From a virus, in the IMG/VR virus record IMGVR_UViG_3300045988_061229, positions 1-39,111 of that record: a stretch of 39,111 nt of DNA; one strand, given 5' to 3'. Both the position numbers and the translations under genes were made by a program. This document shows, piece by piece, positions 39,035-39,111 of this stretch. Each line of letters starts with the position of its first letter. Position 1 is the first letter of the stretch. The notes beneath the pieces were generated by a model that searched no databases, was not told the origin of the DNA, and worked only from the letters and a program-made list of their open reading frames with translations.

Positions 39035-39111
39035 TGAATGGGGTTCAAGAGGCCGCTGGTTCGATTCCAGTCACTCGGACCAAAGAAAAGTCCCGTAACC
39101 GCAAGGGTTAC
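39035..39111. repeat. attR copy of the direct repeat (duplicated tRNA-Pro 3' fragment plus half of its terminator)
   Basis: Identical to 1-77. The preceding bases (gttc) do not complete the anticodon stem, so this copy is a gene fragment. Confidence 0.9.

Noticed and set aside
1-39111. A search for CRISPR arrays, reverse transcriptases (retron/DGR), transposases or known multi-gene defence systems.
   Set aside because: Reading both strands revealed no repeat-spacer array and no RT, Cas, transposase or large NTPase/nuclease defence genes.

Overview
The window is one complete temperate siphovirus-type prophage of about 39 kb. It is bounded by a perfect direct repeat of at least 77 bp (1-77 and 39035-39111) that carries the 3' part of a tRNA-Pro(GGG) gene and part of its terminator. 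Strong AGGAGG-type ribosome-binding sites, high GC and Clostridia-type phage proteins suggest a high-GC Firmicute host, but that is inference only.

Gene order, left to right:
- attL and tRNA-Pro.
- Integrase and a membrane-anchored XRE regulator on the minus strand.
- A small accessory region with genes on both strands.
- A repressor and a cro-like gene separated by an unusually large, promoter-dense 620-bp switch region.
- An early operon: excisionase-like HTH, 3D-domain protein, Rad52-like annealase, NinB-like protein, HNH, SSB, replisome organiser, DnaC-like loader, second HNH, ASCH, DUF1064 and several Cys-rich or HTH small proteins.
- A 560-bp ORF-free, helix-dense region containing a tRNA-like element.
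- Packaging and structural genes: terS, an A/T-rich orphan DNA methyltransferase, terL, portal, a minor head protein fused to an ADP-ribosyltransferase domain, scaffold, capsid, connectors, tail, tape measure and tail tip/fibre genes.
- A 29-codon holin-like toxin gene between two convergent near-consensus promoters.
- A lysis cassette with two wall hydrolases and a holin.
- A 3.8-kb block of nine unrecognised genes next to attR.

Most interesting observations:
1. The type I toxin-antitoxin-like locus at 32.85-33.19 kb.
2. The candidate large structured RNA with a tRNA-like element at 14.26-14.81 kb.
3. The ART-fused head protein with a possible immunity gene.
4. The attR-proximal cargo block: sigma-region-4-like regulator, Q-rich proteins, Cys-rich membrane protein and a BclA-C/TNF-like protein.
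5. The multi-promoter immunity region, which contains an 18-codon ORF with a perfect Shine-Dalgarno sequence.
6. Single-gene cassettes bracketed by exact 15-16-bp junction repeats, one of which carries a Lar-like gene with an in-frame TGA.

No CRISPR array, reverse transcriptase or recognisable multi-gene defence system was seen. All promoter, terminator, RNA-structure and family calls were read by eye from the sequence and have not been computed.
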